Part shown: one piece after another, positions 37,259-46,978 of the stretch | Layout of the letters: the number at the start of each line of letters is the position of its first letter | How positions within the stretch are numbered: position 1 is the stretch's first letter | The notes under the pieces: model-generated | The model's input: the letters and a program-made list of their open reading frames with translations, nothing else | Told to the model about the DNA's origin: nothing | Database searches by the model: none | NCBI GenBank assembly: GCA_963770505.1 | Contig: CAVYPR010000002.1 | Span: forward strand, 36,902-100,901 | Source of the DNA: an uncultured Actinomycetota bacterium | Lineage (GTDB): Bacteria; Actinomycetota; Acidimicrobiia; Acidimicrobiales; RAAP-2 | Length of the DNA: 64,000 bases | Direction: 5' to 3' | Program-made: the position numbers and the translations under genes

Positions 37259-40200
37259 TCAGCCCGGCGGGTCCGACCCCGGGAGCGCCGGCGCCTGGCG
37301 GCGGGCGGCCGACTGGGTGAGGAAGCGGCCGATGACCGGCACCTCGGAGAGCGACTCGGCCCGCAGGATGGTGACCACGGCCGGGGCGACCTGCTCGGGG
37401 GAGTCGAAGACGATGTAGCGGGGGAGCCAGTCGGGCTCGTACTTGGCGTTGAACTTCCACAGCGACTCGATCTGCAGCACGCCCGACATCCGCTTGAGGG
37501 CCCATCGCTCGACCCGCTGGGTGAGGCCGTCGCCGCTGTCCCCTTCGAGCGTCGAGCGCATGGCGGCGAAGTTGAGGCTGAGGCCGTGCTGGCCCCGCTG
37601 CCGGAGGTGGTCGATGGTCGAGCAGAGGGCGAAGTCGAGCAGGCCGTTGGGGTGCTCGCCGGGGTCCCGGCGCATGAGGTCGAGGGAGTACCCGCTGATG
37701 GCGGCGGACGGCACGAACTGGCACATGGCCACCGGGTCGCCCCCGGGGTCGTGGACGACGGTGAGGAGGAGGCCGGTGTCTCGGGGATCGAACATCCTGC
37801 CCAGCATCATGGAGAAGCCCCGCTCCTCGTCGCCCCGCCGGTTGCGGGTCATGAGGTCGACCAGCGGGCGGCCCACCTCGGCGTCCACCCGCGCCGGGTC
37901 GAGGAAGGCGACGGTGTAGCCGTAGCGCTCGACCCGGTTGACGGCCTGGCGCAGCCCCTTCATCTGCCCTCCCTGGAGGGAGAAGCGGCGGATGTCGACC
38001 ACCGCCTCGTCCCCGATGTACATGTGGTGCATGCCGTGCTCGCGGTAGAGGGGGAGCCACTCCTCGGCGGCGGCCATGACCGACAGGCTCCACCCGCGGC
38101 GGTCGCAGTAGCGGCGGAAGGCGTCGAAGGCCTGCAGACGTTCGCTGCGCGGGCCGATCGGATCGGGGGAGATGAGGCAGACGCCGCCGTAGACGGCGTA
38201 GGCGACCAGGGTGTCGCGGTGGAAGAACCACTGCTTGTCGTCGCGGAGCGCGAAGTAGTCGAGCGTCCCGGTCCCGTGACGCCGCACGATGTCGCGGGCC
38301 CGGTGCTCCGCCGCCCGCCGGGCCGACACGGCGCGCAGGCCGGCTGTCCCGGCCGCGGCGTCTGCGGTCCCGGCACGCCCGGCCGACAGGCGCCGGTCGA
38401 CCACCGGCCGGGTGAGCAGATAGAGGGCGACCAGGGCCAGCCCGATGCCCACGGCCAGCAGGCCCGGGGAGACCCAGTCGTCGACCTCGTCGGGGAGGAC
38501 CACCGTGTGCAGGCCCACCAGGCGCTCGGCCGCCGCGGCCAGCACGAGGGGGAAGGACGGGAGGGGGTGGTGGCGGACGTGGCCGCTCACCTCGATCGCC
38601 GCCGTGGCCGCCGCCACCGCGGCCACCACGCCAACCACCACGGTGGTGGCCGCCGAGCGGGCCGAGACGTGGTCCGACGCCGCCCCGAAGAGGTCGCGCT
38701 CGGCGATGAGCAGGGCCAGGACCACGCCGCTCACCACCAGGCCGCCCACCGACGCCCCGTGCAGCAGGTGCAGGACCAGGCTGGCGGCGAGCAGCACGGT
38801 GGCCACCAGCCAGGCGCGCCGCTGGCCCCGCAGGACGCCGCGGGCCAGCATCATGAGGCCGATGCCGGCCAGGGCCACCAGGGCGCCCGCCGCCTGGGCG
38901 ACGCCCAGCGGGAGGTACTGGTGGATGAGGTGGAGGTGGGTGGCCGCCGGACGGCTCACCGCCACCAGGAGGTCGAACAGCCCGGCCAGGAAGATGGCGG
39001 CGGCCGCCACCCGCCGGACCCGGCGCACCCGCACCCGGCGCGCCGCCACCGCCGGCTCGGCGGGCCAGGACGCGCCGAGGGGCCAGGCCGCCACCTGGGC
39101 CGGGTGGAGGTCGGCGGCCGCCTTGTAGCCCTTCACGACGTGGTAGCCCGTGGCGAGCCGCTCGAGCGCCGTCGAGCTGGGCAGGTCGGCGTCGGCCAGG
39201 AGCAGGCGGACGTGCAGGTCGGCGCCGGTCTCGAGCTCGATCCAGCCGGCCTGCCGGTGGTGGAGGAAGACGGGCGGCAGGCCCAGCCTCCCGGGGTGCT
39301 CGCGCACCAGCTCGGTCGTGCCCCCGGGGCAGGCGAAGAAGCCGGTCCCCAGGTGGGTCAGCTCGGCCCGGAGCCCGCCGCCGGTCACCAAGCCGGTCAC
39401 CCCGTCGGCCACCAGCGACCGGGCCTCGTCGAGGGCCGGGGTCCCGCACACCTCGAGCTCGCTCGAGGCCGGTGACTCGTCGGCGTCGGCCCACTGCTCG
39501 GACCACGGTCGGGGGGCCCAGGGGGCGGGCAGGTCCCCGCCGCCGTGGGCCCTCCACACCCGCCGGGAGACCACGGCCACCAGCGCCGCCACGGCCAGCT
39601 CCAAGGCCACCACCACCGCCAGGGTGAAGAGGAACCGGCTGGTCCACGAGGCGCTGTAGGCGCGCACCAGCACCCGCCGGGGGCCCGACGCCCGGTGCAC
39701 GAGGTGGTAGACGCCGTGGTACACGAAGGCCATCCGGATGAGCACGGCCACCACGACGGCGAGCAGCGGCGGCACCCAGATGAACCGTCCCAGCCGTCGG
39801 TAGAGGGTGCGCGAGGTCACGAAGCGCGCGGTGTCGTCGGGCTGCTCCAGACGGTCGATCCCGGCCAGCCATGGCAGGCCGGCCGCCGCCGCGGCGTCGG
39901 CCACGCCGACCGCCCCGTTCACCGGGCGTCCCGGCCGCACCAGCACCCGGCGCTCCCCGGCCGCGGTGGCCAGGCGGAGGTCGACCGCCGGGGCGACCTC
40001 GGCCCCCAGGCCGTAGAGCTCGGTCACCACGTCGGGGTCCTCGGCCACCTCGGGGTCCCGCCACCCCGGCAGGACGACCAGCCGCCGGTCGTGTCCCTCG
40101 GTGAACCGGCGGATGGCCCCGGTCAAGCGCTCATGGGCGGCCAGGGCCCCGGTCACCCGCTCCCCCGGGGTGGTGCCGGCCGGGGGGCCGCACGGGGGGG

Positions 40201-40447
40201 CGAAGAGGTTGCCGCAGACGACGACCGTCCCCGGGCCGTCCCAGTGATCGAGGGAGATCGAAACGTCGGCCGCCAGGGCCAGGGACGACGAGGTGGCCTC
40301 GGCCGGAAGCAGCAGGTCCCCGACCACCATCACCCGCTGGCCCAGCCCGACCTCCACGCGCAGCGCGCCGTCGGCGGCCGGGAGCGGGCCGACGCCGGGG
40401 CAGGCGGCGGTCTCGGCGGCGTCGGTCATGCCCTCCCATGGTGCCAC
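37259..40447 (-). CDS. MprF-like aminoacyl-phosphatidylglycerol synthase: N-terminal phosphoesterase-like domain, polytopic membrane domain, C-terminal DUF2156 domain
   Basis: Intact 1062-aa ORF. The C-terminus GTLDYFALRDDKQWFFHRDTLVAYAV...SLQGGQMKGLRQAVNR...GFSMMLGR...SLDLMRR...NGLLDF...ESLWKFNAKYEPDW is the LPG-synthase C domain. The middle third has about 12 hydrophobic helices. The N-terminus VMVVGDLLLP...VVVCGNLF resembles a metallophosphoesterase. The start may be ATG 40429. Confidence 0.8.
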   Translation of the reverse strand: MAPWEGMTDAAETAACPGVGPLPAADGALRVEVGLGQRVMVVGDLLLPAEATSSSLALAADVSISLDHWDGPGTVVVCGNLFAPPCGPPAGTTPGERVTGALAAHERLTGAIRRFTEGHDRRLVVLPGWRDPEVAEDPDVVTELYGLGAEVAPAVDLRLATAAGERRVLVRPGRPVNGAVGVADAAAAAGLPWLAGIDRLEQPDDTARFVTSRTLYRRLGRFIWVPPLLAVVVAVLIRMAFVYHGVYHLVHRASGPRRVLVRAYSASWTSRFLFTLAVVVALELAVAALVAVVSRRVWRAHGGGDLPAPWAPRPWSEQWADADESPASSELEVCGTPALDEARSLVADGVTGLVTGGGLRAELTHLGTGFFACPGGTTELVREHPGRLGLPPVFLHHRQAGWIELETGADLHVRLLLADADLPSSTALERLATGYHVVKGYKAAADLHPAQVAAWPLGASWPAEPAVAARRVRVRRVRRVAAAAIFLAGLFDLLVAVSRPAATHLHLIHQYLPLGVAQAAGALVALAGIGLMMLARGVLRGQRRAWLVATVLLAASLVLHLLHGASVGGLVVSGVVLALLIAERDLFGAASDHVSARSAATTVVVGVVAAVAAATAAIEVSGHVRHHPLPSFPLVLAAAAERLVGLHTVVLPDEVDDWVSPGLLAVGIGLALVALYLLTRPVVDRRLSAGRAGTADAAAGTAGLRAVSARRAAEHRARDIVRRHGTGTLDYFALRDDKQWFFHRDTLVAYAVYGGVCLISPDPIGPRSERLQAFDAFRRYCDRRGWSLSVMAAAEEWLPLYREHGMHHMYIGDEAVVDIRRFSLQGGQMKGLRQAVNRVERYGYTVAFLDPARVDAEVGRPLVDLMTRNRRGDEERGFSMMLGRMFDPRDTGLLLTVVHDPGGDPVAMCQFVPSAAISGYSLDLMRRDPGEHPNGLLDFALCSTIDHLRQRGQHGLSLNFAAMRSTLEGDSGDGLTQRVERWALKRMSGVLQIESLWKFNAKYEPDWLPRYIVFDSPEQVAPAVVTILRAESLSEVPVIGRFLTQSAARRQAPALPGSDPPG

Positions 40448-40557
40448 GCCGGCCCCGGGCGGCGTCTGCGGTGCGGCGCCGTGGCCCCGGCCTCCTCGGC
40501 CCCGGGCCGGGCACCGGTAGGCTCGTCGCCGTCGGCGTCGAAGGAGACCGCACGAGC

Positions 40558-41061
40558 GTGAGGGAGCGGCCGGTGGGCGGGGTGCCGACCAACTGGAAGT
40601 GGCGGGCCGGTCCCGTGGTCCCGGGGCGGGCCGTGGTGTTCGACATCGACGGCGTGCTCTCCGACGCCGCCGGGCGGCAGCACTACATCGAACGGGGGCG
40701 CCGCGACTGGACCGCCTTCTTCGAGGCCTGCGGGGACGACCCGATCATCGAGGAGGTGGCCCGCCTCATCGAGCTCCTCGATCCCGCCCTCACCGTCGTG
40801 CTCCTCACCGGACGGCCCCTGCGGGTGCGTCCCCAGACGCTGGCCTGGCTCGACCGCTACGGGCTGCGGTGGGACCTGCTGGTGATGCGCGACCGGGGGG
40901 ACTACTCGCAGGTGACGACATTCAAGCAGGGGGTCGTCCAGGACCTGCGCCGCCACGGGCTCGACCTCCGTCTGGCCCTCGAGGACGACCCCTCGAACCA
41001 CGCCATGTTCGTGGCCGAGGGGATCCCCTGCGTGTACATCCACTCCGGCTACTACGACTGA
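40558..41061 (+). CDS. HAD-superfamily phosphatase (polynucleotide-phosphatase-like)
   Basis: AVVFDIDGVLSD (DxDG motif I) ...VVLLTGRP (motif II) ...LEDDPSN (motif IV-like). GAAGGAG RBS 10 nt before GTG 40558. The ORF is open from 40438. Confidence 0.6.
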   Translation: MRERPVGGVPTNWKWRAGPVVPGRAVVFDIDGVLSDAAGRQHYIERGRRDWTAFFEACGDDPIIEEVARLIELLDPALTVVLLTGRPLRVRPQTLAWLDRYGLRWDLLVMRDRGDYSQVTTFKQGVVQDLRRHGLDLRLALEDDPSNHAMFVAEGIPCVYIHSGYYD

Positions 41062-41126
41062 AGCCCTCGCCGGAGGCGGCGCTCGGTTAGCGTGAGCCGC
41101 ACGAGGCCGGCGGCGACTGGAGGTGC

Positions 41127-41516
41127 GTGATGGGATCCGACGAGGGCGCCGAGCAGGTCGTGCTCGCCCTGTGCGAGGCCTTCTCCCAGCACGACGCGCA
41201 GGCCCTGCGCGCCTTCTTCACCGACGACGTCGTCTACCACAACATCCCCATGGAGCCGGCGGTCGGGCTGGAGGCCACCATCTCGGCCATCGAGGGGTTC
41301 TTCGCCATGTTCGACAAGCTGGTCATCGAGACCACCCACATCGCCTCGCGCCGCGGCGTGGTGCTGACCGAGCGGATCGACACCTTCACCCTCGGCGACC
41401 TGGTGGCCCCCCTGCCGGTCATGGGCACCTTCGAGCTGCGTGACGGCCGCATCTTCGCCTGGCGCGACTACTTCGACCTCGCCCAGGTGACCTCGATGCT
41501 CTCGGGATCCTCCTAG
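41127..41516 (+). CDS. limonene-1,2-epoxide hydrolase / SnoaL-like family protein
   Basis: 129 aa. FFTDDVVYHNIPMEPAVGLEAT...LTERIDTF...FELRDGRIFAWRDYFDL is typical of the LEH fold family. Confidence 0.7.
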   Translation: MMGSDEGAEQVVLALCEAFSQHDAQALRAFFTDDVVYHNIPMEPAVGLEATISAIEGFFAMFDKLVIETTHIASRRGVVLTERIDTFTLGDLVAPLPVMGTFELRDGRIFAWRDYFDLAQVTSMLSGSS

Positions 41517-41548
41517 ACGCCCGGGGCGCCCGGTCGGCACAGGGGACG

Positions 41549-43216
41549 TTGGGGGTGGAGGGGCACGGGGACCAGTCGGCGCACGCCGCACGGCCAGCGG
41601 GCGGAACCGGCGCCAGAGGCGCCCGGTCCGACGCCGTCGTCACCGCGGGGGTCGCCGTGCTCGCCGCAGTGCTGGTCCTGGCCGGGCTGCTCGGCGCCTA
41701 CCTGCGGGTCTGGATCGTCGCCCACGCGCCGGTCAACTCCGACGAGGCCGTGGTCGGCCTCATGGCCCGCAACATCCTCCACGGCCACTTCTCGGCCTTC
41801 TTCTGGGGACAGTCCTACGGCGGCGTCGAGCCCTATGTGGTGGCCCCGGCCTTCGCCCTCTTCGGCCAGTCGCCGCTCGTGTTGAACCTCACGCCGGTGG
41901 TGCTCTGCGCCGCGGCCGCCGTCGTGACCTGGCGCGTCGGGCGCCGGATCTTCGGTGACCCCGCGGGGTGCGCCGCCGCAGTGCTCTCGTGGGTGTGGTG
42001 CGAGTCGTCGCTGTGGAACTCCACCAAGGAGTACGGCTTCCACGAGGTGCTCCTCGTCATCGGGATGCTGGTGCTGCTCGAGGTCGGGCGGCTGGCCGAC
42101 CAGGCCCGCGCCGGCGGCACCGGCTCGCTGGCGGACTGGGCGTGCCTGGGGGCCCTGGTCGGCGTGGGGTGGTGGGCCTCGCCGGAGATCGTGTACTTCG
42201 CCGCCCCCGGGGCCGTGGTGCTCGGCGTCGACCTGCGACACCGGGTGGGACCGTCGTTGGCCGGCCGCGTCGGCCTGGCCGCGGCGGCGATGGTGGCCGG
42301 GGCCCTCCCGTGGATCGTGGCCAGCTTCGCCGACGGCTTCGCCACCCTGCGCGCCTCGGGCGGCAACGCGCAGCCGGGCAACGGCTACGGCGACCGCCTC
42401 TCGACCTTCTTCACCCACGTCCTGCCGATGATCCTCGGGCTGCGGGTGGAGGGCGCCGGCGCCTGGGAGGGCTCGACCGGCTTCGGGGTGGTCACCTACG
42501 TCGTCCTGCTCGCCGGTCTCGTGGCCGCGCTGGTGGTCCTCGTTGCCAGGGTCCGGGCGTCGTGGCCGCTCGTGGCGGTGTGCGCCTCGTTCCCCTTCCT
42601 CTACGCCGCCTTCCCCTCGGCCTGGTTCTGGAACGACGGCCGCTACGCCATCTCGCTCACCCCGGTGCTGGCGCTCGTGCTGGTTGGCGGCGTCTGGACG
42701 GCCGCCGGTCGCCGGCTGGCGGTGTGGGCCACGGTCGGGGTGCTCGTCCTCGCCTCGGCCAGCACGCTGGTGGCCTTCAACGACGGCTTCGGCGCGCTCT
42801 CCTCGCCGGGCCGTCTGACGGTGTGGGGGGCGGACCCCGACGCCGACGTCCACGCGCTATCGAGGGCGCTCGAGGCCCGGCACGTCGCCGACGTCTACGC
42901 CGGGTACTGGCTCGCCTACGACCTGCAGTTCACCTCCGACGGGCGGATCGCCGCCTCGAGCACCGCTCCCGACCGGGACCCGGCCGCCTCGCGCGCCGTG
43001 CGGGCGGCCAAGACGGCGGGGTGGGTCTACGTCCGTCCGTCGGCCCTTCCCTCGGTCGCGGCACAGCTCGGGTCGGCCACCGACCTCGAGCCGGTGGCGG
43101 GCGAGGAGACACTCGTGGCGTGGCTCGACCGCCACCACGTGGCCTACCGGACCTTCGACGCCGGCGGCTTCGTTGTGGTGGTCCCCAACCGCAACGTCGG
43201 GCCGCCCCCCGCCTGA
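41549..43216 (+). CDS. GT-C fold membrane glycosyltransferase (GT39/ArnT-like)
   Basis: N-terminal VNSDEAVVGLMARNILHGHFSAFFWGQSYGG...ALFGQSPLVLNLTPVVL followed by about 10 TM helices and a soluble C-terminal domain. Intact 555 aa. Confidence 0.6.
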   Translation: MGVEGHGDQSAHAARPAGGTGARGARSDAVVTAGVAVLAAVLVLAGLLGAYLRVWIVAHAPVNSDEAVVGLMARNILHGHFSAFFWGQSYGGVEPYVVAPAFALFGQSPLVLNLTPVVLCAAAAVVTWRVGRRIFGDPAGCAAAVLSWVWCESSLWNSTKEYGFHEVLLVIGMLVLLEVGRLADQARAGGTGSLADWACLGALVGVGWWASPEIVYFAAPGAVVLGVDLRHRVGPSLAGRVGLAAAAMVAGALPWIVASFADGFATLRASGGNAQPGNGYGDRLSTFFTHVLPMILGLRVEGAGAWEGSTGFGVVTYVVLLAGLVAALVVLVARVRASWPLVAVCASFPFLYAAFPSAWFWNDGRYAISLTPVLALVLVGGVWTAAGRRLAVWATVGVLVLASASTLVAFNDGFGALSSPGRLTVWGADPDADVHALSRALEARHVADVYAGYWLAYDLQFTSDGRIAASSTAPDRDPAASRAVRAAKTAGWVYVRPSALPSVAAQLGSATDLEPVAGEETLVAWLDRHHVAYRTFDAGGFVVVVPNRNVGPPPA

Positions 43217-43252
43217 CCACCCGGCGCGCCGGCAGGGCACCGGTCGGTGGCC

Positions 43253-43891
43253 TCAGTCCCCCCCGGCCCGGCCCTCGGCGGCGCCTGTCACCAGCTCCAC
43301 CCGGCCGGTGGCGATGTCGCACACGGCCCCCACCACCAGCAGTCGGCCGGAGGCGGCGGCCGGGGCCAGCACCGGCTCGGAGGCCGCAAGATGGGACACC
43401 TGGCGGCGCACGTTCTCTCTGACGGCGCGCTCGAGACGAAGGTCGAAGGGCCCGTCGCCCACCGAGCGGGCGGCCGGGAGGACGGCGTCGACGACCGACT
43501 GGATGTCGCCGGGCACGGTCCCGTCCCGGTCGACCTGGTCGAGGGCGGCCGTGACCGCCCCGCACCCGCTGTGGCCCATGACCATGAGCAGGACGGCGCC
43601 CAGGATCCCTACGCCGTACTCGATCGAGCCGCGCAGGATCGGGTGGGCGGCGGTGTTGCCGGCCACCCGGACCAAGAAGACGTCGCCCAGCCCCTGGTCG
43701 AAGACGATCTCGGCCGGCACCCGCGAGTCCGAGCACGAGACGATGACGGCGAAGGGCGCCTGGCCCCCGGCCAGCTCCACCCGACGGTCGCCGTCGAGGC
43801 CCTCGTGGCGGGAGTTCCCGGCCACGAACCGGGCATTGCCCTCGAGCAGGCGGTCGAGGGCCTCGGCGCCGGTGGTGGGTTGTGCGGCCAT
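43253..43891 (-). CDS. beta-class carbonic anhydrase
   Basis: LLEGNARFVAG...PFAVIVSCSDSRVPAEIVFDQGLGDVFLVRVAGN...VMGHSGCGAV (the Cys-His-Cys zinc ligand pattern). Confidence 0.9.
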   Translation of the reverse strand: MAAQPTTGAEALDRLLEGNARFVAGNSRHEGLDGDRRVELAGGQAPFAVIVSCSDSRVPAEIVFDQGLGDVFLVRVAGNTAAHPILRGSIEYGVGILGAVLLMVMGHSGCGAVTAALDQVDRDGTVPGDIQSVVDAVLPAARSVGDGPFDLRLERAVRENVRRQVSHLAASEPVLAPAAASGRLLVVGAVCDIATGRVELVTGAAEGRAGGD

Positions 43892-43903
43892 GCGCCGCGG
43901 ACC

Positions 43904-45448
43904 CTACCCGAACCCTTCCCAGGGATCGGCCTCCCGCCGCCGGGTGGCGGCGACCCAGGCGAGGACGAGGGCCACGGCCGACAGCACGAGCACCGGGAGG
44001 TCGCCGAACCTCTCGTAGAGGGTGGTGCCGGTCCGCAGGGCGACGGTCGCCTCGAGCACCTGGCGGCGCCCGAGCACCGAGCGCTCGACCACGGTCCCCC
44101 CGGCGTCGACGACGGCCGAGAGCCCGGTCGGGGCGGCCTGCACCAGGTCCCGGCCCTCGGCGACGGCCTGCACCCGGGCGGCCGCCAGCTCCTGGGTCGG
44201 CACCTGGCTGGCGCTGTAGGACGAGGCGTTGGTGGGGACCACGAGGAGCTCGGCGCCGTCGCGCACCGAGGACCGCCCGCGCCCGGCGTAGAAGACCTCG
44301 TAGGAGACGAGCACGCCCAGCGGCCCGGCGGGGGTCCGCAGCAGCCCGGATCCGTGGCCCGGTACCGCTGTCCTGGGCACCCCGGACAGGCTGGCGAAGT
44401 GGGCGAAGAGGCCGCGCCAGGGCACGTACTCGCCGAAGGGCACGCGGTGGACCTTCTCGAACCTTCCCACCACCCGGCCGGCCGGGCCCCACGCCACCAC
44501 CTCGTTGTAGAAGGTGGTGGGCGACGCCGGCTCGGTCACCCCGGCCACGATGGTCGCCCGCAGCCGCCGGGCCATCGCCGAGAGGTCCCGGGCCTGGGGG
44601 CTCCCGGCGAGCGGCCGTGTGAGGGCCACCACGTCCTCGGGCCAGAGCACCAGCCGGGGACCCGGCCCTCGGCCGCCGAAGTGGGTGGTGGCGGCCAGCT
44701 GGGCGGCGAACGCGTCCGACGGGTCGCCCACCTGGGCGGTGACCCCCCGCCGCCCCCCGCCCTGCACCGCGGCCACCCGCAGGTGGCCGACGGCCGGCCC
44801 CCCGCCGGGGGCGAGCCCCCCGGCCAGGCCGAGGGCCACCACCGCCGCCAGCAAGGCGGCCCCCGTCGCCGCCCGGGGCCCGGCCCGGGCCCGGGACGAC
44901 AGGGCCATGGCCAGCTCGCCGAGCCCGGCGCCACCCAGCCAGACCACCCCCCCCAGCAGCAGGGGGCCGCCCAGCCGGGCCGTGCCCAGCAGGGGGCCGC
45001 CGGCCTGGCCGAGGAAGACGCCGCCGATGGGCAGGCCGCCGAAGGGCCACGCCGTGCGCACCGCCTCAGCCAGGGTGAAGGCCGCCGGGAAGGCCGCCCA
45101 ACGACCCCGCCCGGGGGGGACGAGCACGGCGGCGGCGCCCATCGACAGGGACTCGACCGCCATGAGGAGCGCCGCGCCGTACCAGTTGAACTCGCGGGCC
45201 CAGGCCAACCCCGGGACGTAGCAGCCCAGCCCGGCCACCCACCCCGCCCACAGCCGCGTGCGCGCCCGCAGACCGGCCAGCCGCCAGTAGAGGAGGGCGG
45301 CCCCGCAGAAGGCGAGCGGCCACCACCCCCAGGGCGGGAGGGAGAGGGCCAGCGCCACCCCGGCGGCGAGGGAGGGAAGGGCCACCCGGCCGCGGCGGCC
45401 GCCGGACCCCCCGCCCCCCCGCCCCCGGCCCCGCGGCGGGAGGATCAA
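43904..45448 (-). CDS. lnt: apolipoprotein N-acyltransferase (nitrilase-superfamily C-terminal domain)
   Basis: Multi-TM N-terminus (LPPWGWWPLAF...GLPIGGVF) and CN-hydrolase part (LVLWPEDVV...EKVHRVPFGEYVP...VLVSYEVFY...LLVVPTNASSY). TTG 45448 overlaps the hemY TGA. The start is provisional. Confidence 0.8.
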   Translation of the reverse strand: MILPPRGRGRGGGGSGGRRGRVALPSLAAGVALALSLPPWGWWPLAFCGAALLYWRLAGLRARTRLWAGWVAGLGCYVPGLAWAREFNWYGAALLMAVESLSMGAAAVLVPPGRGRWAAFPAAFTLAEAVRTAWPFGGLPIGGVFLGQAGGPLLGTARLGGPLLLGGVVWLGGAGLGELAMALSSRARAGPRAATGAALLAAVVALGLAGGLAPGGGPAVGHLRVAAVQGGGRRGVTAQVGDPSDAFAAQLAATTHFGGRGPGPRLVLWPEDVVALTRPLAGSPQARDLSAMARRLRATIVAGVTEPASPTTFYNEVVAWGPAGRVVGRFEKVHRVPFGEYVPWRGLFAHFASLSGVPRTAVPGHGSGLLRTPAGPLGVLVSYEVFYAGRGRSSVRDGAELLVVPTNASSYSASQVPTQELAAARVQAVAEGRDLVQAAPTGLSAVVDAGGTVVERSVLGRRQVLEATVALRTGTTLYERFGDLPVLVLSAVALVLAWVAATRRREADPWEGFG

Positions 45449-46978
45449 CGGGCGCGCCCGCCGTCCCCCGACCCCGACAGCACCTCGCGGGCCGCCGCCC
45501 TCCCGCTGGCCACACAGGCCGGGATGCCCACGCCGCGGTAGGCGGCGCCGGCCACGGCCAGGCCCCCCAGACGGCGGACCGCCGCCTCGATCCCGGTCAC
45601 CCGCAGCAGGTGGTGCACCCGGTACTGGGGGAGAGCGTCGGGCCAGCGCGTGACCATGGACGCCGTGGCCTCGCCCTCCACCCCGAGCAGGACGCCGAGC
45701 TCGCCCGCCACGCGGGCCACCAGCTCGTCCTCGGCGATCCCGACCGGCCGGTCGTCGCCGAACCGGCCCACCGAGGCCCGCAGGAGGACCTCCCCCGGAC
45801 CAGACAGGTGGGGCCACTTGGTTGTGAGGTACGTGCACGCCGTCACCAGGAACGGCCCGCTCCCGAGGGGCCGGGGGAGGGTCGCGGCGCGCGGCACGAG
45901 CAGCCCGGTCCCCACCAGCGAGTCGGGGACGGCGCCCTCGGGGTAGGCGAAGGTGACGGTGGCGACCGTTGCGTAGTCGATGCCTCGCAGCAGGGCCGCC
46001 GTCTCGGCGTCGTGCGGCGCCAGGAGGTCCGCGGCCGGTCCGGCCGGCAGGGCCAGGACCACCCGGTCGGCGCGCACCGGGCCCGCGGCGGTGCGCAGCA
46101 CCCACGCCGCCGTGCCCGGCTCCCGCTCGAGCCCGTCGACCCGGCAGCCCGTCGTGACCGTCACGCCCCGGGCGGCCAAGGCCCACCGCATCCGTTCGCC
46201 GAGGGCGCCCAGTCCGCCGCGCAGGGACCAGAAGGCCGGCGGCGCGGCCCCAGCCGACCCGGCCACCCCCTCGGGGGCCCCGGCCGCCGCGCCGGTGGAC
46301 TGGGCGACGGCGGTCGCCCGCCGGAGCGACCGCATGAAGCCGCCGCGGCGTTGGGCCACGGCCAGGAGGAGGGGGTAGACGGCGGCGGCGCTCATGTCGT
46401 CGACCCCGCCGGCGTAGATCCCGCCGATGAGCGGGTCCACCAGCCGTTCCACGACCCGACGGCCCAGCTTGCGGGCGACCAGCGGACCGACCGCCCGATC
46501 GCCCAACGGGCCGCGCAGGTCGCGGCGGGGCAGGAGCACGTCGAGGGCGAGGCGCGCCGAACCCCACGACCCCAGCACCCGGGAGCGCGCCGTCGGGCAG
46601 GAACCGGGTCGGCACGCCCACGGCCAGGGACGCCGGGAGGGTGCGACGGCGTCCGCCGACCCACACCGTCGCCCCCGAGGCGCCGATGGGCACCAGGTCG
46701 TCGCCGAGGCCGATCTCCCGGCAGAGGTCCGCCGCCTCGGGGCGGCGCCCGAGGAACCCGTCGGGGCCGACGTCCACGCTCCCCGGGCCGAACGGCTCGG
46801 ACCTGAGCTTGCCCCCGAGCCGGTCGCCCGCCTCGATCACCACCACACGGGGGGTGGAGGCGTCGGGCCCACCGCCACCGCCGCTCAGCTCCCAGGCGGC
46901 CGCCAGGCCGGCGATCCCGCCGCCCACCACGGCGACAGTCGGCCGGCCCGGGCCGGCCGGCACCGGGGCGTCAGCCAT
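45445..46978 (-). CDS. hemY: protoporphyrinogen/coproporphyrinogen III oxidase (HemY/CgoX); frame switch about 46580-46600
   Basis: N-terminal VAVVGGGIAGLAAAWEL...IEAGDRLGGKL...GPDGFL in one frame. The rest, in the ORF 45445..46578 frame, reads LIGGIYAGGVDDMS...TKWPH...WPDALPQY...VAGAAYRGVGIPACV. Confidence 0.85.

Noticed and set aside
43904-46978. 1024-aa ORF looking like one giant protein
   Set aside because: It is the HemY N-terminus (46978 to about 46590), out-of-frame read-through of hemY, and then Lnt. These happen to share a frame because of the hemY indel. The real hemY 3' part is ORF 45445..46578.
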